A stretch of 64,000 bases of DNA from Lama glama (taxonomy: Eukaryota): contig CM052816.1 of assembly GCA_028534125.1 (NCBI GenBank), forward strand, positions 62,250,001-62,314,000, read 5' to 3'. The notes under the pieces are model-generated. The model had not been told where the DNA came from, did not search any database, and was given only the letters and a program-made list of their open reading frames with translations. Positions within the stretch are counted from its first letter, which is position 1. Each line of letters opens with the position of its first letter. Position numbers and translations under genes: made by a program. This document shows, piece after piece, positions 37,630-52,637 of this stretch.

Positions 37630-38078
37630 TGTAAAAATTAATACAGAACCTCATTTCAAATGGAGTTGGGAGGTCAGAAGGGAGAGCTCTATTCTTATGC
37701 CCTACACTCCATGTTAATTATAGACCCAAGAGGAAGAGATGTACCGTTGCATCTCCAACAAGAAGAAAGTTCCTACTTTACTACCCAGCAGGAGGAAGGA
37801 AAAATTTCTAATTGTCCAGCAACAGCCCAGCCAATGAAAGACTTGTCACGACTCAGCCAATGAAAAGCCACTACACACTCTGAATTTCCAGTTTCCTCCA
37901 ATGGATTCTTTGTTTATAATAGCCTCTTCCAAATCCCCCTTCTCCTCTGTAAAAGAACATTTCTCTCCTTTGTTTTCTGGACTTGCCTGTGGTTTGCCAT
38001 GGATTAGATATTCCAAATTGTAATTTTTTTGCTCTTCCTGGTAAGATAACTGGTTGTTTTATTACTTTAGATCAAAAC
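37630..38078 (+). mobile_element. Solo LTR (ERV1-like)
   Basis: Begins tgtaaaaattaatacagaacc, with duplicated cagccaatgaaa CCAAT boxes and a TATA-like ttataa. Family not identified. Confidence 0.6.
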
Positions 38079-41000
38079 TTGATTACTGGTCACATTTTAC
38101 TAACCTTTCCTTTTCTAAATTATGTCTCAATTTTTTATTGTATAAATGACCATGAAGACTGAAGTAGTTATTATTTCCCTCCAAAGAGGGTTGGTCCTTT
38201 TGTCAGACAGACAGCTAGAGGCTGTCTCAACTCAATAATTAATAAGCTGGATTGAAGTTGAAGTTAGGTTGCAGCTCTCATTAGACTCAAGTCAGTCTCT
38301 GATTTCAGCTGGCTTAAGGACATGACCTATGCTGTGTTTGTCACAGACTCCTTTAATGGTACTTTATCTCCTAAAAACTGTGAATCCACTATGGGACTGC
38401 ATTTTTGTAATCTGTTTTCAAGTCTTGACCTCTCCTTGAGCATGGTCCTCTGGATTTTTTGGTTAAGTTTAGCAGGTCTCTGTCTCTAATCTGAAAGTTC
38501 TACTTTTCAGAGATTGTGAAAAATAACTCCTTTAGCCTCCTATCAACATAGGTTTAAAATATGGTAAATGTCTTAAGGAGGATTCTTACTGTGTATTTGT
38601 TGTTGGCCTGTAGCCATTGCACAAACCCAGAATCATCCTCAGAGTACCTTTACACTCTGTGCCCTCCTCTGTACTCCAGGGGTGGGTATCCACTATCACC
38701 CATAAGGGTACACCACTCACCATGATTATAAAATAGGATAAAGTGACCACAGAGTCTCTCAAGAGACAGAGTAAGTTTTCCATTACCTCTCTTAAGGCCC
38801 ATCTCCTCCATCCTCATTTTTATTTCAAGACTGACCACAATTTTCCACAATAATTCACAGTGAATACACATATGGCCCATTGCCCTAACAATCTCACACA
38901 GTGGTCAGACATTAGAACACGTGAACATTTCTGAAGTCTTTAAAAAAATTAAACAGCACCATTTAATAGACATCGACAGTCCAGTTTGAATTCGGCTGTG
39001 CTGAGTTCCTTCACTTCCGGTCTGGCCTTTCTTCATCAAAGGTTCAAAAAATGCAATGTCAAGTACCAGAGTCACTCTATTACATGTTTCAACATTTTAA
39101 TGCTGTGTCATCTATTCTGCAGGGTAGATATGGAAATCATTAGTAACGGGAAAGCACACTACTCAAACTGTGAGCTCAGGGCCAAGGCCAGGTGCAGCCA
39201 CCCTCTCCCACCACGAGAATTTGCTTCCAGTGCTAATTTCAGAGGTCTTGTGGTTAGTGGGTGGGTTTTAAATGTACGTGCATATGTATCCACTTATGTT
39301 ATATATGCAAGTGTTGTAAATGACAGTAGCATTTCCTACCAACATCCTACTTCATGTGGAATTAATAAGGCAGCTTCTACAAATATGAAACAGTGAAGGG
39401 GAAGGAATTTGTGTGTTTGTGGGGGGAAAAAAACTTCTGATAATTTAAAAAATAACAAAAAATGATGCTATCTGAACAAAATATATATAATTCATTTGGA
39501 TTATAAACTTAATACAGAAGAAAGGGGTGTTTTAATTATGAATCTATTACCTAACTGAACTACTCATTCAGCCTTAGAGATCACGGATTCATGACCCAAC
39601 ACCAGAGTAACACTGGGTATGTGAAAAGGAATGGAAGTATTCTAGATAAATGTGAGCTAGCACTTCATATCTTTTATCAGGTGTTTGTTATACTGATGAC
39701 TCTGTCAGTCTTAGTTCTTTCCTCTGAAATATCTACCATTTCCAGGCATTGCAACCTCAGTTTATTTTATCAGTATCCAATTGACATGGTTTCCAGTCTC
39801 ATTAGTATCTCTGAAACAGGCACCCAGGACCAGAAACCTATGAGGAGCAGTTGAAGGAATGTGGACATTTTCTGTGTGGAATAAAGACTTGCAGAGAATA
39901 TCAAATGTGTCTTTGTCTATTTGAAGAACAGTCATATGGAGGAAGATTAAAACTGACTTGAACGAAGAAAAGGAAATTGTTAGAAGGCAGATTTCATTTA
40001 TATAGAAATTTACCTGAAAGAGTTGTTAAAATGAAAAAACTTACTTTTTCAGGTAGTAAGCTCCCTGCAAGTGAAAAGAAGAATCTAGAAGTCCATCTCT
40101 GAGATGACTGTTGAGGCTGTTTTTGTACTGGTTGGAGAAGTCACATTATGATGTATCTTTTCTAACTCTCTAGAACCTATGATTTTACATTTTAGTGGGG
40201 TTGCTTGTAATTACTTGTTTTTAAAGTAGTTTCTGATACTGTACTTCAGAAGCCAATCCAGAAGCTTGTTCCTGGGCTGGCTTCTGAAATAAACTTTAAA
40301 CTCATTTGTAAACCCTATACCAAAAGCAGGGCCCGGTTCTGCCACTGGAAAATAAATAGAAAGAAAAAGAAACTCTGGAATTCACAAGCCCTTTCAAAAA
40401 ATATTATCTTGTGAACAAAATCACTGTCGTTTCAGAAGAAATGTAAAGGTTAATGAACTTTCTGCTAAAAGACAGCTCCATATCTACAACATATTTTAAA
40501 ATCTCGCTGATTTATTTCCAACTTTCTGAGAAGGTAGATTTCTGGGTTATGTTCAAACTCCTGCTGTTTGACCATGTACTGTTCTGTTCTCTATTAGAGA
40601 CAAGCATTCTTTTCCATGTGGATATTCCTTCATTTATACCAAGCATGCTTAAACTTGCAGAATCAATCTAACACCTTCAGACAAACCAAAAACCAAATAA
40701 AACAATTCCCCAGACTGTTACAAGAAATGAATGGATTTGTCATAAATATATCTCAGACACCTGCATTTTAGCTGCATGTTTTTGTTACTGCCAGAAAAAA
40801 TTAGGACATGGGATTTTAAATCATGACTTTTTTTTCCCATTTCTTTGACTTGAGTATATTTAGGAAAAACTTATACAATGTGGAAATTTTTTCTTTTTTG
40901 GGCAAAAAGATCTTAGTAAAATTTCTTAGCTGGTTAACTTTATATATATGTTTTATATAGATATATAAAATATGTATATACATTAATTTTACACATATAT

Positions 41001-41649
41001 ATGTAAAATTGGCTTCTTAAGAAATCACCTAACATGGATGGCATGGCTGAAAATCATGTCAGTTAGATACTGACAAACTGAGGATGCAATGTCTGGAAAC
41101 AGCAGATACTTCATGGGAAAGAACTAAGATTGGCAGAGCCAGCAGTGCAGCTGGTACCTGATAAGAGATGTAAAGTGCTAGTTCACATTTATCTAGAATA
41201 TTTCTATTCCTTTTCACATTACTCACTTTCTGTATAGATACACAAAATATATATTTGTAAGAAGAAAAAAATTTAAAACATCAGTATCTCTAAGACACTA
41301 CTTGATAGGGAGAAAAGGGATGGGTCTATTGTAGGTAAGTATGAGTTAGCTTTATGGCTGAATGGATTCAAAAAGAGTTTTATATGAACTTTATTGATTA
41401 GGAAATCTAAAACTGTATTAAAATGTTTTGTTTTTGTGGAAAGACCACTAATTGTGTGGAGCCGATGGTGTCTATGTGAATGTCTATTTTTTCCTGTTAG
41501 ATCCCCCTTCCCACCTTGCCTCCCTCTACCAACTTCAAAAAATTAAGCTGAAAAAAAAAACTATTCTGAGAGAAACAATTAACATGCCACGGATGGCATG
41601 GTTTGCTGAATAGTGTGGTATACTCTGGATATCACAGGTCCTAATCTTG

Positions 41650-44590
41650 CTATTTTCACCAAGATGATTTAATCAATATCAAATTAAGTGGCTTATTGTT
41701 ATGATAAATAATCAGAAATGAAGAATAAAAAAATCCTGCATAAATGTATAAGATTACTGAAAGGGAAATTAATAGCCTTAAATAATAAATTTTTAAAAAT
41801 TAAAAGGATAAAAATGAGTAAGTTTGATGAATATGGGATCAATATCCCGCAAGTACATTTCTACACAAGTTAAGGAATAGTTTAAAAAAACCCAGCATCA
41901 CTGTGTAAAATTCAGAAAAGTGAGCTAATACTTGAAGAAAGATAGATGTGAACCTTCTGCAACACATGAGAAGAGGTGGATTCTGGATGAAGACCTAAAT
42001 GAGAAAGATTTTTCATATTAACTTCATACTTTCACCTAAGCAGGAACCTTCATGACTTGGGGATGGAGAAGAACTTAAACAAAACTTTGAAACACAATGA
42101 CAATTAAAAAATTAAGGTGGAGTTAATTGTATCAAAGTTGAGAATTTCTTTTAGTGAAGGACATACATCATGGACAAACTTAATATACAGATAATAAAAT
42201 GGGATAAGAGACTTGTAATGTCTACTAAAGCAGACCAAGGATTAGTATCTAGACTATACAAGAAATTCTGGAAAGGTGGCAAGGGCAGAAACCCCCTTAG
42301 AAAATGAGGAAAGCAGTTACAAAAGGTGAATCCACAAGACTAATGAGCATCTGAAGGGATCTCAAACTATTAGAAATTAGATAAATATAAATTAGAATAA
42401 TAATGATGAGAGTTCCTAATTCCCATTCTTTGTCAGTACCTGTCATTTTCCATAGTTCTAATTCTTCCCAGTCCTCAAACTGTTAATGAGTCTCTATACT
42501 TGTTATTAGGGAGAACTGCTGACATTATTTAGCCAAGTATATTCACATTCTATGACCCAGACATTCTGCTCCTGAGACTGTACACCAGACAAAGATTCAC
42601 AAGGTCCACACTAGGATATTCATTAGTGTTACATGTAGTGATAGGGAGGTGGAGGTATTCTGTATTCCAGTCAGAGAATAGTTGATAAAGTATGGTAGAT
42701 GCACACCTTAGTAGAACATTAATTAGAACCCACAGATTATAAGTACACATAGCCACCTGGACGGTTCTAAAAGCCTAGTGCTAGATGAAAAAGATAAACA
42801 GAATGCAGTATATGACACCATTCTATAAATTAAAAATATATGCACAGAAAACAATAATAAACATTATTTAAGAATACAAGCAAAAAGATACACATTATAT
42901 AAACCCAACACCTATGGAAAGTAGGCTATGGGGATAAAAGGAAATAAATGGATGCGTAGACTAGTGATGATGGTATGCTGTAAATTAAGAAGCAGGACTG
43001 GTGCAACTTTCTGCACTCAAATCTCAGAGAAGGAAAAAAGAAGACGACAGCATAGCTAATACATGGGAATAAAGCTAGCCAAAAGATGTACAAAACACCT
43101 GCAAAGAATATTATCACATTTTATTGTAAGACATTAAAGACTCAGGAGATCTAAATAAAAAAAAGAGAAAAACCACTTAGTGGATAGGGAAAGTTATTAA
43201 GGTGTCAATTCTCCCCACACTGACTCACGCACTGAAAGGACCTCCCCCTCCCTCAATCCAACATAGTTATTGGAACTTGACAAGACGATTCTAAAATTCA
43301 AAGAGCTCTCCCCACACCCCCCTCAAAAAGTCAAGACACTTGCAGCAAAACAAGTTTGAAGGAAGATATCAAGACTTGTTGTAAGGCTTTAGAAGCTGAG
43401 ACAGCATGGTACTGGTATAGGATCATACATATAGACGAAAGGAACCAAATAAAGACCTCAGAAACAGACTCACACAAATGGAAATTTAAAATACGACAGA
43501 TCAGCACTGTGGATTGGTGGCGAAATAATGAATTATTTTCAGTAAATGATGGTCAGAAAAATTAAATAGGAAAAAATACCCGAAGTAATGGATCCCTACC
43601 CCGTAACACAACAACAACAAAACCCCATAAAACCCTGAAAATACCATCAGAAATCAATTCCAAAAACCTCTAAACTATATGAAAAGTGCACAGGAAAATA
43701 TCTTTATGACACGGGATAGAGCAGAATTTCTTAAGGCAGATAATATATGCCAGAAAGATGATAAGGAAAATGAAGAACTACGGTTCACTGAAAGATACCA
43801 TAAAGTGAAAAGACAAACCACAACTAGGAGAAGATACCTGGCATTCATATAATTACCGATAAAGAATCATCAGAAAATATTTTAAAACTCTCAGAAATCA
43901 ACAAGAAAAGGCAATCAATAGGAAAATGGGCAAAATTCGTAAAGGAATTTCACAGATAAAAAAATTCAATGACAATACACATGTAAAGTTATTTTACAAG
44001 TCCCCATTAGTAATTAGAGAAATTGGAATTAAATCCCCAATGAGATACCATCTTATACCTATCAGACTGGCAAAATCTAAAGGACTGAAAACACCAAATG
44101 TGATAGATAAAGCTGGTGATAAATCAATAGTCATTTAAGAAGATGGTTTGGTTTAGGAAATCAAGTTAAAGCACGTGTTTTTCTTACGACCCAGCAATTT
44201 TCTGCTGGCATTTATTCTAGAGGAACTTTTACGCTCCAGGAGACATGAAAATATTATTTATAGCAGTGTTGTTTATAACAACAAAAAACTGGATAACTCA
44301 ATTGTTCATCAACAGAAGAACAGATAAATTGTGCCATATTCACACAATGGACTATAGTATAGCAGTAAAAATATATTAGTGTGGCTGCACTCACTGTAAT
44401 GGACAAATCCAAGAAACATAATGCTGAGAGAGAGAGCAAGTATAGAATACATATACTATTAACACCGCAAAAGTTCAAAGACAAGCAAAATCAAACGACA
44501 TTGATTAAGTATACATATATATACTTGCATAAAGAAATGATAAATACAAAATTCAGGGGGAACAGAAAGAAAACAAAGAAGAAGTGCAGA
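41650..44590 (+). mobile_element. Ancient L1 (L1ME-like) fragments
   Basis: A-rich, with remnants TAWYWYR...IDERNQI and SPLVIREIGIKSPMRYHLIPIRLAK. Boundaries approximate. Confidence 0.7.
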
Positions 44591-44591
44591 A

Positions 44592-45310
44592 GGTAACTGA
44601 GTCTGGTTCGTGATTACAACCTGTGGGGCTTTTCAGGCTGGACCACGAGCAGTCACAAACACTGCCTGGCAGGCCGCGCAGGAGAGCACTGCCCGCCCCA
44701 CCCCTGACCTGGGGCGCAGCCTGTGCATCACAGTCTCTGAAAGAGCTGCAGCCAAGGTCCAGGCCTGCAGCCGGTGATGCTCTTGCTCAGATTTATATCC
44801 CTCGTCCCAGCGGCTGCATTCCTGGTCCTTTATCTGAGGCCTTGGGGAGAGGGCTTCTTCTGGACCCCGGTGAGGCCTCTTTAGAGAGGTAGAAGGGGGA
44901 TCATTTAAGACCTTTTTCCTTACTCTGAATCAGTACCTCATACTTTTCACTACTAGCCTTCCCTTTTGCCATCCCTCCTCCTTCAAAAAAAAAAAAAATA
45001 ACACACACAAAAATACACCCCTCAGGGCCCATGAAACTGCCAAGGCCTTTGTTTAGGGCTTCCTCAACAATGAGATGACCCCCATGTCTGTGCTGATCAA
45101 CCTGTCCCTGGACCAGTGCGCTGCTCCATGGGGAAAACAGAATAGCAGGAGTGGGAGGGAGCTGGCATTTCCTCTGGTTTTAGACTCTTGCTTATACCAC
45201 CACACCAAGTGATTAAAGGCTTTGTGCTTTCAGTTTGCCTGAGCCTAACAGCTCTGCTCTTGCTTAGCTCAGCTGAGGTCCTGATTGGAATATATTTCTT
45301 AAGTTAGGTT
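44592..45310 (+). mobile_element. GC-richer LTR-like element
   Basis: Abrupt GC shift, a TATA-like tttatat and attaaaggctttgtg near the 3' end. Family not identified. Confidence 0.4.
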
Positions 45311-46818
45311 GTGTAATAAAGCTACTTTGAACCTCCTCCATAAAAAGTTATGAAAAGTTAAGTTTTGTGGTACTTCTATGGGGAAGACAAGACGAAATCA
45401 GAAAGAAAGAAATATCTAATTTACAGCCTCGGTATCCTAGAATACAAAAAGACGAAGGAAATTGTGGAGTTGTCAGAAAGGTGCTTCATTCTTTTTAAAA
45501 TCTGGGTGTATGGTGGAAGGCAAGATACAAACGAAACTTTTAAAATGCATAATTCATATAATAAATTTTCTCTTCTTTGGTATGAAATCCTTTAAGATGG
45601 ATTTTCTTATATTTAATTTCATATTATATTTTGGGCTAAATGTGATATATTTTAAAATGTATCCATGCCAAATCTATGGACAATAAGTTTCTACAGTTAC
45701 CACTTTATAAAATAGTGGGTATAAATATAAAATAGGGATGTGCTTATAAAATGTTTTTAAGCTACTTTCTTTATTCAAACTATGGTATAAAGTTATATCT
45801 GCCCTTAAACTACTTTCTTCAAACCTTGGGGATTTTGTAATTCAATTTATCTTTTGCCTCAACAATTCAGGTTCTGTTTCTGTTTCCTTTTGTTCTATGT
45901 CACTGCTATACTGATCTTAGTGGTCTTCTTCGTACAAGTCCCCTTGCTCCCCAAAGATCAAGAGTTCCCCATGTCTGAACATTTCCAACCAGACCCTATA
46001 ACACTGTAACGGGTAAATACTAAAACTGCACAGCAGGTCATGCTCTGACTACCATGGTTTTATAAAAGACAAAATTATATTGTATGATCATCATTACATG
46101 TAACAAATTCTCAAACGTGAAAAAGGTATTAGAGATTGCCCTGCCCTTAATTTGGTAATTCCTTGTATCTGTATAGCACAATTAGTTATAATTTAGAATG
46201 TTTTCACGTCAGCTTATTTCATCCTTAAAACAACTATATTAATTAGGTGGGGCATATAATAATTATTCCCATCTTACAATCAGAAACAGAAACAAAGTAA
46301 GAGATTTCTATGACAGTTCACAGATGTGAACTCAGAAATTAACATTCCTTGTCTGTTGCACTTGTCTGAGACACTCTACACCAAGGCTCTGACACTTTTC
46401 ACTTGTCCTAAACTTGCAGGACAACTGTACAATGTTAAAATGAAATAAACTAAAATCATGATAATGAGTTGTTCAGAATCTTTATAAGGAATACTAGTGC
46501 TTTTGTCAAATATAGCTTTTGTTAACTCTCTTACTTTTGAGATGAAGTTCATTATCTACATATTAAATGTTGCCTGCAGCAAGACAAAGTAAATTTAATC
46601 ATGAATTTCTCTCAGTTTTCGCTCTTACTGTATGGCTTCTATTTTCTTCATGAGTACACCAGCAGCTTTCAGTAAGAAGATACTTAGCAAAATCCTTACT
46701 TAAAATGGACCAGTGCAGAAATATACTCCTACTAACATTTCTAAGGCAGAAACAAAATAGCTTTAAAAGAGTTACCAGACTTTTTTCTTTCCTTTCCTTT
46801 TTGCATTAGCTTCCTTAC

Positions 46819-46944
46819 CTCCAAAAAGACGGAATGCTTTTCTGCAGCTTGGTAGTGGCCACTTTGCAGAGCTGGATTTCTGAAAGCTTTGTTTTATTTT
46901 CAAATATTCTTCAGTAAAGAATGTCTTTGTGGCATTGTTTAGTT
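46819..46944 (-). CDS. RNF180: RNF180 penultimate coding exon ([42 protein letters not shown])
   Basis: Acceptor ttctag|AA and donor GGA G|gtaagg; 126 nt, phase 1 to 1, in frame with both flanking exons. Confidence 0.96.
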
Positions 46945-48785
46945 CTAGAATAAAGCAAAAAACATAGCATTTTAAAATATTAATTTGAATAAAATGGCAA
47001 GAACTTGTCAAATGATTGTTATAGTATTTTAATAAATTCAGAACTCTTTAAGATAGTGAAGACAAAAGCAGAGACAACTATTTCTTTAACCCAAGCAAAC
47101 ATAACTCCTCCAAATTTGATGCGACTCTGCTGCACCTACACACACAGCATACACCTAGTGAGCAGCTCCTATGTCAGATACTACACCAGACACGGAGGGT
47201 ACAGTGACGGATGAGACATGGTCCCTGCTCTCAAGACGACTGTGGTCTCAGATGGAAATAAACAGGTAGACCAAAAAACGGGGTATGTGTTAAGGGTGTA
47301 GCAATAAATAGCTAGAGTGCAATCATGATTCAGGAGTGACACTGAAAAGGAAAAAACCCTTAGAAATTTTTACTTCATAGTTTCTTTATTTCATCCTGTA
47401 TGTGTTGGGCGGACCATTTAGAGTCTACTGCTGCCGACGTGAGGAAGTTTAAAAAATGTAGAAATAAATTCTCAACCTTTTAGAGCCTTGTTAATGAGTT
47501 ACAGAGAAAAGGGAAACATTCATTTGAAGTAATCACACATCAATCAAAGGACATGCCTGATGACATTCACTTTAAATAGTAGAAAGTCTCCATATATGAG
47601 CCATGGGAAGCAAGGCACAATCTGAGTCTAACTGTCTGATGGAGAAGCTGTTCTCAGGGAGGCCAGTGTAGAGTTGGTTACTAACTGAAGTAAACTAGTC
47701 TTTCCATCAATTTTCATCCCACAATTATTCCTATACTATTTTCTCAGTTTCCATTCTACTTCAGGCTTTGAGTTTCTGCTCAAACCAGTTACATCAAATT
47801 TTCTCTATTGTTCCTAATTACTCCCTTGGATTGATTCTTACCTAAGAAATTCACAGGGAAAACAGATTCATAAAATTTACATTTAACAACAAAAGAAACA
47901 ATGTAAAAAAAATAGACTGCTCCAGGCAAGGGAGGCAACTTTCTAAACGCCCTTAAAGTAAAATCAGTGTAGTGGGTAAATGTAGATTTTGTGTGGGAGG
48001 TAAGATAAACCAAAGTGAAGAGTCTGCAACTCAAGAATTCATATTCCTCTCCTTTCTCTCCCTCCACCTCTTCCTTCTTCTGGAGAGCCTGTAGTCATGT
48101 TCTAAAATGGCAATAACCAGAGGATGCCTTGGTACTGCCCTGTCTTAAACTGAAAACTTCTTTTGAAGTGTAACTGAATTCAGTATACCAGATCAAAGGC
48201 ATTCTTGTAACAGTCTTCCAATAACTGTGGTTTTGATAACTGTCCACAAATCAAACTTGTCTTAGAGGGAAGATGAGAAAAGTTAGAGTAATAACGATGC
48301 TTGTGGTATTTCTGTTTCCTAGCTTCAAGGAACTTGTTGCACAATGCACTTTTAACCTGTAGAACAAACCCATATAATTAATGCACCAAAGCAAGAAAGG
48401 GTTCATAAATATATCTGTAATACCTAAGAAAATGATGACCAGAGAAATTACTTCATTAAAATGTGAAAAATGAGATGGGAGATGTATCTACAGTATTCTG
48501 TGGAACATAAATACCTGTGTCCATAAAGTACTCTTATGAGATGTTGGAAGATTTGATTTACTATACTTGATCTGAAAGGCCTTTGGAGAAAAGAGGATCC
48601 AGAACCAACCATGTGCGGGTGACCGCAGCACCTGTCACAAGGTGCTGAATTTCCCTTTGTACTCGCTCTCTGCCCTATCTCCTGCGAACATTCATTTTGT
48701 AACTGCTGTGTGCCTTTGCTGGTCTAGCTAGGAATATAGAAATGAATTAAATATAATTCCTGTCTGCAGGGTATTGTACTTAGAT

Positions 48786-48980
48786 CAGTGATTCCAAAAT
48801 GCCTGTCTGGAGCCTGGCTATGCAACAAAATCACTGAGGGAACTTGTTAAAAGACAAATTCTAGGAACTTGTCTGGATATCTTGAAGCAGAACTGCTGTG
48901 GATGTGACCTAAGTAGTCTTTGCTTTCTACAAGCTTCTTGGGTGATTCTGATGCACAGTCGGATTTGATAACCAATGGAC
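48786..48980. mobile_element. MER5A-like MITE
   Basis: cagtgattccaaa...ggtgattctgatgcacagtcggatttgataaccaatg. Confidence 0.65.
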
Positions 48981-51900
48981 TAAATGATCTTAAATCCTCT
49001 ATTCTTAAATTATTTGAATTTATTTAAATGGGTTAAACCTTATCTTACTGTGCTATAAACTGTACAGACCTTACCCAAGGATGTTGTTCTTTCTGTAGAA
49101 CCGTGCTGCCTTATTTTAGTGGCATTTGAACTTGGAAGTGCAGGATTTGACAACACATAAAATATTCAGCATTACATTTATCAGAATTATTTGCAAAAAG
49201 CACTGAGTAAAATCTGAAAGCAGATGAAGATGCAGGGCTCGGAGTGAAAAAGGACAGACACTGCGTTTATTCCCTCCCTACCTATTAGGGAGAAGAAGCT
49301 TCTTGTTACAATATATATTATAATGTATTGGACGTAATCAATATTGCATATCATTGAATATGACAGAAGAAGACAAAACCATGAATATCCTGGGAAGATT
49401 CTGAAGTCTATTGAGATGGCACATTTAGATAAATGTGGTGGCAGTACCAGTGGAAACAGCCGCATCTTTGTGTTACACTGTCATAAAAATAGCAGATTAC
49501 TGGTAAGATAAAGGAGTTCTAGTCTTTTTGATTTGGGTAAGAGTCTGTCACCAACTACATAACATAATTCACATTATTACAGGGTATCACACCATGTGTT
49601 TCACTGTATTATATTGCAAACAATAAAATAAAGACACAGGATAATTTTGAACTACAGGCAGTGCCAACAGGGTGGTGCAACTTTGATTTCTGCTTTATGC
49701 TTACATAGGGTAATTTTACATTTAAATAACTAATTATGATTAATCAAATATTTGTTAATAATACTTTAAAGCATTCTGCTAAGTACAAGAGTTAAAATTG
49801 AAATAGGCATGAAATAGGCCTAGTACCTACATTAAATCCTATCTAGTAAAAAGGTAACCATTAAGTTATAAGGTGAGTACCAAGACTGGATTAATTCAGG
49901 TCTTAGGGTCTTATGAATGAAGGAAATGTGATACAAGTATTATTATAAATACAGGGCACAGTCATTTAGGTGGACCCACTAATATTATGTTCTAATTTAA
50001 AAGGCTAGGATATATGTGTCCAGCCACCTCATTTAGATTATTAAAGGCCTCTTTACTCACTTAAAATTAATTCTCATTATTATAAAAGCTTTTTCCCCCC
50101 ACAATTCCCTTGAGTTGTATGTTAATAGATAATATTTCACTTTTTCCAAAGATGCAAGTTTCAAAAAAAAAAGATTTGACAAAAAGGAAATTTGTAGCAT
50201 GTTATAATACAAGTAAAAAAAGACTACTTCTCTAAGAGTTTTGAATTATACACATAGGATGGATCTTATTCTGAGTGAAAATCTAACTTCCCTTCATTTC
50301 AGTAGGCACTGGGCATGCTTGTTCACAGGTATTATTTGGTTCCAGGAGGAATGGTGGCAGCCACTCCCCGAACATTTGCAAGGAACAGACGAGATTGGGA
50401 ATCAGAGTCCCAGTCAGTGAACACTTATATCAAAATGAAGACTTCTAGCAAAACAATCTTTACCAGCTGACGCTTAACCCTCATTTTTAAACAGAGCTTT
50501 TAGTTTAACAAACTCTTGTGAGATAATCTTTAGAATTTTTAGATTAGTCTCATCTCACTCTTGTTCTTTAATATGTTAATGTTACTATTTTTCAAGGTTA
50601 TACAATCTAAGACAGCTGTCTTTGCGTTGTTGGACAGTAGCAAGGATAAAGTGGAGTTAGAGTGCTCTTTCAAGAGGATCTGAGATCCTCTGCTTACACA
50701 GGAATGGAAAAGAGCTGATAGATTGACGTTTGAGTCCACTTTACTGTGTATCAATGAAAATCTACAAACTGTCTTAAAACTGTGTTCAGGGCTTCAAGGG
50801 CAATGCTTACTTTGCACTTCTGCAAGAAGGGCAAGATAGCCCCACTTGGAAGGAACCCTAACTCTCCTGTGCAGCTCATTTTGTTCCCATCTGAGCACCC
50901 AAAAATCCTCACCTGTAAGGGGAATAACACCAGTTAGAGAAAACTTGAGTCTGCTATTACAGCGTATATTAAACAGAGTATGACTAGACTGACTCAAAGA
51001 TGCCAGTAATGGAAGTCTCAGAACCAACTCTTCAGACCTGACAGTTTCTCATCCTGGGGCGGCTGCAAGGTCTCCCAGTAACTGCATGTCCTATGTTATT
51101 TGGGATCAGTAGGAACTCAGCGTGTTAGGAAGAGGCCAACCAGGATTATCTCATTCAGTACAGATGAATATTTACCTATGTATCCTCTAAAGATAAATTT
51201 TAACCAGATTTTCATACCCTTCCATAGTGAACTGTCCAGAGTTAAAATCTAGCTTAGGAAGTCCCATTCTCCAACTAAATATGTAGCCTGATGACAGAGG
51301 CATGTGCACAGGGACCAAACCAAACCCAAGCCAAAATTATGTATTTGATGCTTTGTCAAAGTGGAGTTATGGACTTTACAATATGTGAGTCATTACAGAA
51401 TATAGTTTATGCTTAACTGATATTAACATTTGGGAGTTCCTATTTTATTAGCTAGATAGGCTATAGTTAAAGATTTATCCATTTTAATGTAATAATTCTA
51501 CTTAATATTTGGTAATGCAATATTTTATACCCATAATTTTTGTACCAGAATAAGGAAAGAGTTGTTTCAATCATTTTTTAACCCTCTGGCCAGGGAGCAA
51601 TTTGCTAGTACTGTAAGTGAGATCTTCTCAGGTTAGAGCATTTGTTCAAGCTTTCACCTCAGGTAGCTGTGTTTACTTTGTGCTTATTGATGTCCTTTAA
51701 TGACTTTGAAGAATGAAGAATCATTTCAAATAACTGTTTCGTTACCCAAGAATAAATAGTTTACCCTCTGTTAGAGGGATAATAAAGCCAAGAAGAGATC
51801 TATTAAATTAAGCCCAATTCAACCATAACATTTATTGAGCTCTTACTATGATGAAGACAAAATGCTAAGCATTTTGTGCTGCTATGATGTATACTATTAT

Positions 51901-52323
51901 TATTTTGTATTTAAAATTACACTTCACGATTTAGAAAAAGGCTTTTGAAAGCCTATGGATAGAGATATACTAGGATCCTGAAAAGCTTATCCCAGCATCC
52001 ATCCGTGACTTCAAAGAATCCATGATTCTGTCTGTTTTCTGTGTGAAAAGAAAAAGGACTCTATCTTCCCTGCCCATGCCATATTCAATGCTGCAGCTCA
52101 GTCTGCTTATTTATTTTTAAAAACTGTCAAAGTAACACATGTCTATGTTTTAAAAAAATCCAATGATATAAAAGGGCTTCAAAACCAAAACCAAAATGAA
52201 AACAAGAAATGATCTATTTGACTCCCTCCTATCTCTACCTCCACTCCGGATCCCCAGGGACTGTTTTAAATATTCCTGTTTTCAGGTTTTTTCCCCTAGA
52301 TATTAACCTCCATACATGAAAGG

Positions 52324-52637
52324 CAATGTTTTTCAAGACCTGGCTTGCAAAGCATTAGACATATGTGAAATGATCTGAGGTGAAACTGAATGAAAAATTA
52401 AAAATTTTTTATAGTTACCAATTTAATTTTAGTGTATATTAGAAGAGATGTATAAAGTAATACATCAAACACATAAATTCACAAATACATTATTAAGGAT
52501 GAGGCTAAAATAAGTATCTTTTCAAAAGTACATTCATAGGAAGAAAACCCTTAAGTAAAAAAATAGTTCAGGTGGTATGTGGATACAGTAAAAATTGTAA
52601 AGGTGGTATGAAAATGACAGAAATCTGAGAAACACTG
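52324..52637. mobile_element. hAT-Charlie non-autonomous element
   Basis: Imperfect TIRs caatgtttttca and tgagaaacactg. Confidence 0.55.
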
